This document shows positions 1 to 8,319 of a stretch of DNA of 64,000 nt, in pieces (position 1 is the stretch's first letter; every line of letters starts with the position of its first letter). The position numbers and the translations under genes are program-made. The stretch lies in contig MNWW01000067.1 of the NCBI GenBank assembly GCA_001871415.1, positions 1-64,000 on the forward strand, written 5' to 3'. Below the pieces are notes generated by a model. The model did not search any database. It saw nothing but the letters and a program-made list of their open reading frames with translations, and was not told the origin of the DNA. The DNA comes from Candidatus Woesearchaeota archaeon CG1_02_57_44 (lineage in GTDB: Archaea > Nanobdellota > Nanobdellia > Woesearchaeales > CG1-02-57-44).

Positions 1-137
1 AGCATCAACGCGAAGAATGAAATATGATGCGCCGGCCGGGCAGTCAAAAACCTTCTATGGGTTTTTGGGCCCGTCCGGCAGCAACCGCTATCATAACAGC
101 ATCAACGCGAAGAATGAAATATGATGCGCCGGCCGGG
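1..137. repeat. 40-bp direct repeat (1-40 = 98-137) containing the last 13 nt of tRNA-Gly plus its 3' flank
   Basis: agcatcaacgcgaagaatgaaatatgatgcgccggccggg occurs twice, offset 97; may extend beyond the window start. Confidence 0.95.
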
Positions 138-196
138 ATTCGAACCCGGATATACGGCTTGGAAGGCCGCAGTCATAGCCATTAGACCACCAGCGC
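125..196 (-). tRNA. tRNA-Gly(TCC)
   Basis: Cloverleaf GCGCTGG...CCGGCGC-A, anticodon loop CTTCCAA, T-loop GTTCGAATC; CCA not encoded. Confidence 0.97.
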
Positions 197-261
197 GCTA
201 ATGCTGGCAGGTACTGGCGAGGTTAAAAATGTTTTGGCCGTGGTGACTGGGCGACCATCGT

Positions 262-414
262 CTAGGTGACCGTCGAGTTCTTCCCGATGTCGTAGCGCGG
301 TCCCTGACGCTTCCAATGGTACATATCGCCGACCAGCAGTTCGGTAGGCAGTTCACGATATTTTTCCCATTGCTCCACACGCTCTATCTTCTCTGCCAAT
401 TCATCCGCATCCAC
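262..414 (-). CDS. small hypothetical protein (50 aa, MDADELAEKIERVEQWEKY...)
   Basis: GTG start preceded by a strong SD GGGGTGAT; AT-rich TATA-like element near 450-460; below the ORF-track cutoff. Confidence 0.5.
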   Translation of the reverse strand: MDADELAEKIERVEQWEKYRELPTELLVGDMYHWKRQGPRYDIGKNSTVT

Positions 415-534
415 GCCTATCACCCCCGTTGATTATTCTGGGGCAGCCCTTATATATAGTTAGGTATAGTGAACTTATGGAATGCGTAATCGCTTTTCTC
501 CGCTATCCACCAGAAAGGGATAAATAGGTCTTGC

Positions 535-1710
535 ATGCTCGGGTTTCTCATGAACGTGCTTGTGGTCAATGATGGATGCGAGCGAAGACAGCTTGACAGC
601 GCCAGACTCAAGGATTACTTCGGCATCAATGGATGCACACTGGTCAAGCGTCCGCAGGACGCTGATCTTATCGTTATCGTCACCTGCGCGTTCAACCAGG
701 AAAAGGAGGACCTCAGCATCGAGCTTATCCGTCATTATCAACAGTACACGGCAGAGGTCGTTGTCCTTGGTTGCCTTCCAGCAATCGCGCCGCAACGCCT
801 TGCGACCATCCATACAGGAAAGAGCCTTCCCACGGTCGAGCACCACCGTATCGACGAGTGGTTTCCTGAATTCTCCACAGGGCTTGATGATATCGCAGAC
901 GCGACAGACCTTGATGGTCCGCCAAAGTGGTTCCTGCTGCGAAAAGCGCTGCGCCGGTCCCTGCAGGGGCAGCTGGGAAGCAGGATGGTAAAACGGCTCC
1001 CAAAGATGCTCTCCAGCACAGGGCATCTGAGGATATCGTACGGGTGCCTTGGCGACTGCACATACTGCGGCATCAGGAACGCCATCGGCCGCCTGAAGAG
1101 CAAACCCCTTGCTCAGATTCTCCTAGAGTACCAGACGCTCCTGGAGCGCGGCTGCAAGCGGATACGCATCCTTGCTGATGATACAGGAGCCTGGGGTCTT
1201 GACACGGGCAGCAGCCTGCCCTTGTTGCTCTCAGCGCTTGACCAAGCCACTGCACGCAAGGTCAGCTGGGAGCTTGATCAGGTGCATCCGGTCTGGGCTG
1301 TGCGCTACCAGGACGCGCTGCGAGATCTGATAGCCTCTGGCAGGATAGACAGCATGCTCGTCTCTGTACAATCAGGGAGCCCGTCGGTCCTTCGCAGCAT
1401 GCGACGATTCCCGGATGTGGATAAGGTCCGCGACGCACTAGCAGGATTCACCCGGGCGCACAAGGACTTCTCGCTGCTCACAGATGTCATCGTCGGCTTT
1501 CCCGGGGAGACGGATGAGGATTTCGGGCAGACTGTTGCACTATTGCTGGCCTGCGGTTTCGCCTACGTCAATATCTTCGGCTACACGGACAGGGAAGTGT
1601 GCGATGCCAGGAATCTGGACGATAAAGTGCCCCGGCAGGTCATTGATCGACGTATCCACACGCTGACCAAGGCGCTTGCCAAGGCAGACATCAGGCATGA
1701 AGTGCTTTGA
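535..1710 (+). CDS. MiaB-like radical SAM methylthiotransferase
   Basis: N-terminal MTTase cysteines (GC..., TCAF, LGCLP), CLGDCTYC, VQSGS and IVGFPGET motifs; no C-terminal TRAM domain. Confidence 0.85.
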   Translation: MLGFLMNVLVVNDGCERRQLDSARLKDYFGINGCTLVKRPQDADLIVIVTCAFNQEKEDLSIELIRHYQQYTAEVVVLGCLPAIAPQRLATIHTGKSLPTVEHHRIDEWFPEFSTGLDDIADATDLDGPPKWFLLRKALRRSLQGQLGSRMVKRLPKMLSSTGHLRISYGCLGDCTYCGIRNAIGRLKSKPLAQILLEYQTLLERGCKRIRILADDTGAWGLDTGSSLPLLLSALDQATARKVSWELDQVHPVWAVRYQDALRDLIASGRIDSMLVSVQSGSPSVLRSMRRFPDVDKVRDALAGFTRAHKDFSLLTDVIVGFPGETDEDFGQTVALLLACGFAYVNIFGYTDREVCDARNLDDKVPRQVIDRRIHTLTKALAKADIRHEVL

Positions 1711-1762
1711 TCAGAGCACTGTCGCCGATAACCATTTATAGGTGTTCATCCGCAATCTGCTC

Positions 1763-1903
1763 ATGGCTGATAAGCACGCTGAACACCGGGATCGTCTAGA
1801 TACTGAAGACCGCAAGAAGCGCGGGGGCATGGTCAAGTTCATCCTGCTGGTTGTTGTCATCATCGCCATGTTCTATTTGGTACGGCAGTATATGGTTGGA
1901 TAG
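1763..1903 (+). CDS. small single-TM protein (46 aa)
   Basis: MADKHAEHRDRLDTEDRKKRGGMVKFILLVVVIIAMFYLVRQYMVG; TTTATA ~25 nt upstream. Confidence 0.55.
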   Translation: MADKHAEHRDRLDTEDRKKRGGMVKFILLVVVIIAMFYLVRQYMVG

Positions 1904-1979
1904 ATGCACAACCTATTGGATGGACTCATCACTGATTATTCGGCCTTGTGATTCGCGATAGCTGCACTCTTGCCTGCGA

Positions 1980-3017
1980 CTATTTCGGCATTGCCTTGCG
2001 GAACTGCTCGAGAAATGTCTTGAACTGGTCAGCGCGCACCTGCGCGCCGCAGGCGTGCTCGTGGCCGCCACCATGCCCTTCAATCCCTTGCAATGCCTGC
2101 TCGAGCACTGGCGGCAGGATGAAATTGCGCGCGCGCATGCTCATCTTCACCAGGCCATCTTTCTCACGACCAACGATGATGACCATGTCCTGATTGTCAT
2201 AGAGCATCCGATTGGCGATATCCTTGCTGAAACTGTCCTTGCTGCCTGCGTAGATCCAGCAGATGATACCGTCCTTGGGCTTCGTCTGTCTCGCCTCGGA
2301 CAGGAGGTCTTCATACTTGCGGTTGACCTTGCTGAACAGGTCCATGATGAACACTGCCCGTTCGGTCTTTGCTTCCATCAGTTCTTCGGGTCCGTCCATG
2401 CCGGCGATGTGCTCGATGCACTGCATGGCTAAGGATGTCCTGGTCTTGAGCATGAAGGAGAAGACAAAGACCAATCGTCCAAGTGGCGTCGCGAACAGCG
2501 CATCGTCAGGGTTCTTGACCTTTGCTGGCAGCAGAGAGGGATATCGTCGCTTGAATTCCTCCGCGAACCATGGCCAATGCCAGTCGCCGATGGCGCCGAT
2601 GGCCGCGAGCCAAAGGTCTTTTTGATTGACTTCGTAGGCCATCACTGACGCAGGGATATTATCGTTCTTGTTGGCCAGCCGTGGATTATAGTAGCGCACG
2701 CCTTTCTTGGGATTCGGGCCATGATGGTCAAGCCAGCACACGGGCGTTTTTGCCCGGTCGATGAAATCCTGCTCGACATTATAGAGGTCTGAGACGAATA
2801 TGCGGTCTGGTCGGTATTCTTTCACCTTGGCATAATACCTGCTATCGACGCTTGGCACGCTCTTGACCATGATGCCATGGCCGCGCATGATGAGCCGGTA
2901 GAGCAGCAGATAAGAGCAGACCCCATCAGGGTCGTCATGGAAGAAAAACAGCGGATTGATGGAATCGTCCAGGAAATCGCGGACTTCCTCAGCTTCCGCA
3001 CCCGTCATGCCTTTCAT
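1980..3017 (-). CDS. DHH/DHHA1 family phosphoesterase
   Basis: HDDPDG, LDHH and GGGHEHACG motifs. Confidence 0.9.
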   Translation of the reverse strand: MKGMTGAEAEEVRDFLDDSINPLFFFHDDPDGVCSYLLLYRLIMRGHGIMVKSVPSVDSRYYAKVKEYRPDRIFVSDLYNVEQDFIDRAKTPVCWLDHHGPNPKKGVRYYNPRLANKNDNIPASVMAYEVNQKDLWLAAIGAIGDWHWPWFAEEFKRRYPSLLPAKVKNPDDALFATPLGRLVFVFSFMLKTRTSLAMQCIEHIAGMDGPEELMEAKTERAVFIMDLFSKVNRKYEDLLSEARQTKPKDGIICWIYAGSKDSFSKDIANRMLYDNQDMVIIVGREKDGLVKMSMRARNFILPPVLEQALQGIEGHGGGHEHACGAQVRADQFKTFLEQFRKAMPK

Positions 3018-3044
3018 TCTGGGCGCTAGGGCGGTTTTCTTTAA

Positions 3045-3500
3045 CTAAGTTTTGGCGATGAGGGTCATCAGGTAGTCCTTGAAGCGCTTCTTATAGAGCC
3101 GCCAGGCGTCTTTGTTGAATGCGTGCACCTTTATATGCACCTCCTTTAGGCCCTGTCGCCTTGCCCATGCCATGCAGGCCGTGAGGAGCTGTGAGCCGAT
3201 GCCTTTGCCACGATGCCCGTTTTTCGCATAGAGATGAAAGATGTAGGCGTACTTTCGTGTGCGGTATTCCTGGCCGGATTTTTTCACTTCCATGCCAGCG
3301 TATGCGGTCAGTTCCTTTCCTTCCTGAGCGACAAAATACGCGCAGGTATCGCGCCTGAGGTCGCGGCCCAGCCGAGGACCGATATGACTCCTGTATGACG
3401 GGTCTATGCGGTCATCAGTCCCTGATTCCCAGTCAAAGAACTCCTGCTTGAGCTTGAGCAGCTGCGGGTAATCATCGACCGTCGCTTGGCGGATGCGCAT
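3045..3500 (-). CDS. GNAT family N-acetyltransferase
   Basis: MRIRQAT start, HRGKGIG acetyl-CoA motif, N..A..LY motif. Confidence 0.9.
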   Translation of the reverse strand: MRIRQATVDDYPQLLKLKQEFFDWESGTDDRIDPSYRSHIGPRLGRDLRRDTCAYFVAQEGKELTAYAGMEVKKSGQEYRTRKYAYIFHLYAKNGHRGKGIGSQLLTACMAWARRQGLKEVHIKVHAFNKDAWRLYKKRFKDYLMTLIAKT

Positions 3501-3562
3501 GTCAGGTCAGGCATACAATATTCCTTTAATAATTGTCGTATATACCTGATGCATCTCCTGTC

Positions 3563-3752
3563 CGGGCTGGCCGGGGCCCGGCTCTGTCCTGAATCTCGTT
3601 TGACTATGCCAGCAGCGGGCTTCGGCGGTGTTCCCACCAGTAACGGATTGACATCCCCGAAGGGGGCATCCCCCTGTCAATGCGCAAAATGCGACACATC
3701 AGCCTTCGCAATTGCTGCTGGCTGGACTCTTAGGACAGAGCCCCGGCGCCCG
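3563..3752 (+). ncRNA. candidate structured non-coding RNA (rod-like, ~190 nt)
   Basis: Nested complementarity gccggg/cccggc, gctctgtcctga/ttaggacagagc, gccagcagcg/tgctgctggc; TATA-like gtatatac ~20 nt upstream; T6 run just downstream; strand uncertain. Confidence 0.55.
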
Positions 3753-3787
3753 ATACTTTTTTATTCACCGAGCCATTTTGGCTTGAC

Positions 3788-6343
3788 ATGCCCTCGGACA
3801 AGGATATCAAGAAGGAATTCAAGCTTGAAGCCAGCAAGAACCCGGACAAGTACTACGCGACCAGTGTGCTCAAGGCAGAGGGCTTCTCCCGCAAACAATG
3901 CGCATGCGGCACGTTCTTCTGGAGCGTGAACGCTGACCAGAAGACCTGCGGCGATCCTGTCTGCTCCGGCGGTTTTAGGTTCATCGGCGAAAAGGCGAAG
4001 GATGCCAGCGAGACAGGCCTTGACTATGTGGGCGTCTGGAAGAAATTCGCGGCCATGTTCAAGGACGCTGGCTATACACCCATCCCCCGGTATCCTGTGG
4101 TCGCACGGTGGCGTGATGATACTGACTTCGTGCAGGCGAGCATCTATGACTTCCAGCCGTATGTCGTGTCTGGCGAGGTCGAGCCTCCGGCAAACCCCTT
4201 GGTCGTCCCGCAGTTCTGTCTGCGCTTCAATGACATCGACAATGTCGGCATCACGGGCGCGCACTACACGGGCTTTGACATGATAGGTCAGCATGCGTTC
4301 CTCCCGCCAGAGCAATGGAGCCAGCCGCGCTTCTTCGGCGATATCCACAAGTGGCTCAAGAACGGTCTTGGCCTGCCCAATGAGGAGATCACATTCCATG
4401 AGGACGCGTGGGCAGGCGGGGGCAACTTCGGTCCCTGCATGGAGTATTTCTCCAAAGGCATGGAGCTTGGCAACCAGGTCTACATGATGTATGAGGTCAC
4501 TGCGGCGGGACCGCGTGAGCTCAAGCTCAAGGTGCTGGACATGGGCATGGGCCATGAGCGCAACGCATGGTTCGCGGCCGGCGCGCAGACAAGCTACGAG
4601 AGCACATTCCCCACAGTGATGGCATCGCTTCGCGCCAGGACGGGTGTGAAGGCCGACCCTCACTTCCGGCGCCAGTTCCTTCCGCTCGCATCGTTCCTGA
4701 ACCTCGATGAGACTGACGATATCAACAAGCAGTGGCAGATGGTCGCAGACAAGCTCAAGATGGATATTACAGAAGTCAAGGAGAAGGCGCTCTCTGACGC
4801 TGCGCTGTACTCTGTCGCAGAGCACTCGAGGGCGCTGCTGGTCGCGTTGGCTGACGGCGCGCTGCCCAGCAATGTGGGCGGCGGCTATAACCTGCGCACG
4901 ATACTGCGGCGCGCGCTGGACTTCATCGAGCAGCGCTCCTGGGATATCGACCTCGCTGACGTGGCAGAGCAGCACGCGCGCTATCTGAAACCACTCTATC
5001 CTGAACTAGTCGAGAACCTGGAGAATGTCAAGACCATCCTCGCCGTGGAGAAGCGCAAGCACCAGGAGACGAGGTCGAGGGCCGGAGGGTTGGTCAGGAA
5101 AGCACTTGCTGCTGGTATCTCGACAGACAAGATGGTCGAGCTCTATGACAGCCATGGCATCATGCCCTCAGAGGTCGTGCGTGAGGCAAGAGCGCAGGAC
5201 CTGAAGCTTGCGGTTCCTGATAATTTCTTTTCCCTGGTCGCTGAGCGCCATGAGCAGGCTGAGCAGGCGACTGCCACAGTGAAAGCTGAAGGTCTTGATC
5301 TGGAAGGGATCCCCGGGACGGATGCTCTCTATCTCGGCGACTGGCAGGAGGTCAGCAGCGAAGGCGTGGTGCTCAAGGTCATCGGTACGGACGTGGTGCT
5401 GGACAAGACCGCGGCGTATCCGACGAGCGGCGGTCAGCTGCATGATGTCGGCATGCTCGAAGGTCCTGACAGCGGGACGTATGAGATACTCGACGTGTTC
5501 AAGCAGGGAGCGTGCATCGTGCACCGGCTCAGCGAAGCGCCCAAGCTTGCAGCAGGGGATGCGGTCAGGGTCTCGCTGGACCTTGATCGCAGGCGCCAGC
5601 TCGCGCAGCATCATACCGCGACACACCTCATCGGAGCCGCCGCCCGCAAGGTCCTGGGCAGTCACATCAACCAAGCGGGCGCCAGAAAGACCCTCGAGAA
5701 GGCGACGCTGGACATCACGCACTACCAGAATGTCTCTGACGAGGAGAAGAAAGCGATTGAGACCGAGGCGAATCTCCTGGTCAAGCAGGATATTCCTGTG
5801 GTGAAATCATTGCTGGCGCGCAACGACGCGGAGAAGCGCTACGGTATGCGCATCTATCAAGGTGGCGCTGTGCCGGGCAGGCAGATTCGCATCGTCGAGA
5901 TACAGGGCGTGGACATCCAGGCCTGCGGCGGTACGCACCTGAACCATACTGGCGAGGTTGGCACTATCCGCATCATCAGGAGCAGCAAGGTGCAGGACGG
6001 TGTGGTGCGCCTGGAGTTTGTCGCCGGCGCTGCCAGGGAAGCGGTAGCGTCAGAGGCCGGCGGTATCCTCGAGGAAGCGGTGGCGATACTGGGCTGCCCG
6101 CCAGCGCAGGTCCCGGGGAGGACCGCGGAGCTGTTCACCAAGTGGAAGCAGATAGTCAAGAAGGGTAGGAAGGACATTGACGCGACGCTGGTCAGTGTCG
6201 AGGAGACATCAGGGGACATCCTGAAGGCGACCGCTGACGTGCTGAAGACGCAGCCCGAGCACATCCCCAAGACGCTGCGCAGGTTCTTGGCGGAGATCGA
6301 AGTGGCGAAGGACAACGCTGACGCGGTCCAAGCTGCTCAGTGA
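3788..6343 (+). CDS. alaS: alanine--tRNA ligase, archaeal type
   Basis: N-terminal Zn motif, RYPVVARWRDD..ASI, HHTATH and CGGTH editing motifs. Confidence 0.97.
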   Translation: MPSDKDIKKEFKLEASKNPDKYYATSVLKAEGFSRKQCACGTFFWSVNADQKTCGDPVCSGGFRFIGEKAKDASETGLDYVGVWKKFAAMFKDAGYTPIPRYPVVARWRDDTDFVQASIYDFQPYVVSGEVEPPANPLVVPQFCLRFNDIDNVGITGAHYTGFDMIGQHAFLPPEQWSQPRFFGDIHKWLKNGLGLPNEEITFHEDAWAGGGNFGPCMEYFSKGMELGNQVYMMYEVTAAGPRELKLKVLDMGMGHERNAWFAAGAQTSYESTFPTVMASLRARTGVKADPHFRRQFLPLASFLNLDETDDINKQWQMVADKLKMDITEVKEKALSDAALYSVAEHSRALLVALADGALPSNVGGGYNLRTILRRALDFIEQRSWDIDLADVAEQHARYLKPLYPELVENLENVKTILAVEKRKHQETRSRAGGLVRKALAAGISTDKMVELYDSHGIMPSEVVREARAQDLKLAVPDNFFSLVAERHEQAEQATATVKAEGLDLEGIPGTDALYLGDWQEVSSEGVVLKVIGTDVVLDKTAAYPTSGGQLHDVGMLEGPDSGTYEILDVFKQGACIVHRLSEAPKLAAGDAVRVSLDLDRRRQLAQHHTATHLIGAAARKVLGSHINQAGARKTLEKATLDITHYQNVSDEEKKAIETEANLLVKQDIPVVKSLLARNDAEKRYGMRIYQGGAVPGRQIRIVEIQGVDIQACGGTHLNHTGEVGTIRIIRSSKVQDGVVRLEFVAGAAREAVASEAGGILEEAVAILGCPPAQVPGRTAELFTKWKQIVKKGRKDIDATLVSVEETSGDILKATADVLKTQPEHIPKTLRRFLAEIEVAKDNADAVQAAQ

Positions 6344-6377
6344 TCGGTGCTCTTGGCTGCTGCTACAGAGCGCAATC

Positions 6378-6385
6378 TTAATATA
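6378..6385 (+). promoter_or_regulatory. TATA box for the Cys-leader/cysE transcript
   Basis: TTAATATA ending 24 nt before the ATG at 6409. Confidence 0.6.
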
Positions 6386-6408
6386 GATGCGCCATCTCTG
6401 TGGACGAC

Positions 6409-6438
6409 ATGCAAATCGTCATCTGTTGCTGTCACTGA
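6409..6438 (+). CDS. cysteine-rich leader peptide MQIVICCCH
   Basis: ATG CAA ATC GTC ATC TGT TGC TGT CAC TGA; three tandem Cys codons; stop is 51 nt before cysE. Confidence 0.7.
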   Translation: MQIVICCCH

Positions 6439-6489
6439 TTTCTCGTCGATGTAATTGTGCCTACTGCCATCGGTTCCAAGGTGATTTTC

Positions 6490-7305
6490 ATGGATTTGTT
6501 TTCATCATACGCGTCGGATGACGCTGCTTTCCAGGTCGCGGGTCCTGCGCCGCGCGACTATACAGAGGATTTCAACCTGCTGCGCCAGCTGCTCTTTCCG
6601 GCGCAGTGGGGGCGTGACGCCGGCGATAGGCATACGCACCTGCGTCTGCGTGAGGACCTCCTTCATCGGCTCGCAGCGCAGCTCCCCGATGCGTCCATCG
6701 AGGCGCTGCTCGGTCAGCTGCCGGGCATCCGGGAGACACTGAAGACCGATGTGCAGGCCGCGTATGCCGGTGATCCTGCGGCGAAAAGCTACACAGAGAT
6801 CATCAGGGCATATCCGGGTTTCCAGGCCACCATGGTGCACCGTGTGGTGCATGAGCTGTATGTGCAGGGGTCTGATGAGGCCCTGCTCTACGCCCGTGAG
6901 CTGCAGGAGTACGCGCACAGTCGCACGGGCATCGATATCCACCCCGGCGCTTCAATCGGCGGGCATTTCTTCATCGACCATGGGACAGGCGTGGTCATCG
7001 GCGAGACCGCGGAGATAGGCGACTGGGTGCGCATCTATCAGGGTGTCACGCTCGGCGTGCTGCATTTCGAGAAAGACAAGAACGGTGATGGCACCGTGCT
7101 CGTGAAAGGCAACAAGCGGCATCCGACGCTCGGCAGCCATGTGGTCATCGGCGCGGGCGCGAAGGTGCTCGGGCCGGTCTCGATAGGAGACCATGTCAAT
7201 ATCGGCGCCAATGCCTGGATAGATGAGGACATCCAACCATATACGACGGTCTTTGTGGCAGAGCATCCTCGCCTGGAACGGCGCAGCAGGACTGGCAAAG
7301 GATAG
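6490..7305 (+). CDS. cysE: serine O-acetyltransferase (EpsC-type)
   Basis: GDPAA, YPG, GIDIHPGA, IDHGTGVVIGET, KRHPT motifs; SD AGGTGAT at 6479-6485. Confidence 0.95.
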   Translation: MDLFSSYASDDAAFQVAGPAPRDYTEDFNLLRQLLFPAQWGRDAGDRHTHLRLREDLLHRLAAQLPDASIEALLGQLPGIRETLKTDVQAAYAGDPAAKSYTEIIRAYPGFQATMVHRVVHELYVQGSDEALLYARELQEYAHSRTGIDIHPGASIGGHFFIDHGTGVVIGETAEIGDWVRIYQGVTLGVLHFEKDKNGDGTVLVKGNKRHPTLGSHVVIGAGAKVLGPVSIGDHVNIGANAWIDEDIQPYTTVFVAEHPRLERRSRTGKG

Positions 7306-7367
7306 GTACGGATTTCGGCGCTATGTTTCACAAGACTCATAAAGCATCCGTGCTTTTTTGGTCCTCT

Positions 7368-7499
7368 ATGCATCTGAAAAAGCGCATGAAGCTGTTCAGC
7401 TACAGGGTGCTCTATTGGTTTTTCGTCACTATGCTGTATCTCAGGTGGATGCTGGAATCCGTGTTCCAGGGACTGCCGTTCGAAGAGACGCTGCCTTAG
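7368..7499 (+). CDS. possible small hydrophobic protein (43 aa)
   Basis: MHLKKRMKLFSYRVLYWFFVTMLYLRWMLESVFQGLPFEETLP fills the intergenic gap. Confidence 0.35.
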   Translation: MHLKKRMKLFSYRVLYWFFVTMLYLRWMLESVFQGLPFEETLP

Positions 7500-7554
7500 C
7501 TAAAGCCAATTCTAGGATGAGTGATTTGACTGCTTCTTTGGTCTCTCTATTATC

Positions 7555-8199
7555 TCAGAAATCGCCAAGGCTCGCCTGCTTTCCTTCGATCGCGTTCTTG
7601 TACGTCGCCCAGGACTTGCGGAAGAGGTGCTCGTATTCCGTATGGTACTTATTGAGGAACGCGACGGTCTTCGGGTCTGATGGATAGCCGGAGCCAAAGT
7701 CAATGCCTATCTCTGCCTTGATTGTCTCAATAGCAGCATCGCGCGTGGTCTTGGCGATGATGGACGCGGCTGCCACCGCGATATGGCGTTTGTCCGCCTG
7801 ATGCTCGAGCAGGAGCTTGCCCGGCTCTTTCACCATGGCGCTCATGAAGCCATGGAAACCGAGGATGTTGTTGCTCGGGCAGTCCATGATGTGCTGGTCT
7901 GCCTTGGACTTGCCGATGATCTCCGCGGCCTTGAGTGCCTCGAGCTGGTTGAGGTTGACGCCGGCTGCAGATGATGCGTCTATCTCTCCGGGCTTGATGA
8001 TCACCACGACGATGCTCTTTGCCAGCTGCTCGATGCTCGCCCTGGCGCGCTGTCGCTGCGCGGGGCTGAGCAGCTTGCTGTCCTTGACGTGCGCCGCCTT
8101 GAGCGCTGGCTCGTCTTTCTGGTCGATGACGCAACCGCAGATGACCAGCGGCCCTATGACCGGTCCGCGGCCAGCTTCGTCGATGCCTAGGATGCGCAT
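7555..8199 (-). CDS. rnhB: ribonuclease HII
   Basis: GIDEAGRGPVIGP, DSK, AASIIAK, GSGYPSDP motifs. Confidence 0.97.
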   Translation of the reverse strand: MRILGIDEAGRGPVIGPLVICGCVIDQKDEPALKAAHVKDSKLLSPAQRQRARASIEQLAKSIVVVIIKPGEIDASSAAGVNLNQLEALKAAEIIGKSKADQHIMDCPSNNILGFHGFMSAMVKEPGKLLLEHQADKRHIAVAAASIIAKTTRDAAIETIKAEIGIDFGSGYPSDPKTVAFLNKYHTEYEHLFRKSWATYKNAIEGKQASLGDF

Positions 8200-8319
8200 G
8201 GGCTGATATGGAACAGACTGGTATAATAAACATTTGGGTGGTTCGGTGCCATGCCTGCTTGCCCGAGGGTCTCATCACGGTGCGCGGCAGGTCATCGCGC
8301 CTTTCATGCGCCTCGGGGA

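Noticed and set aside
3563..3752. SRP RNA or RNase P RNA call
   Set aside because: No CAGG-GNRA-AGCA helix-8 motif and no GAGGAAAGUCC P4 motif on either strand; kept as an unassigned RNA
3761..4975. Long antisense ORFs (3761-4975, 17487-18458, 54317-55204, 56732-58162, 61091-62074 and others)
   Set aside because: Shadow frames of better-supported genes in high-GC DNA, with no motifs
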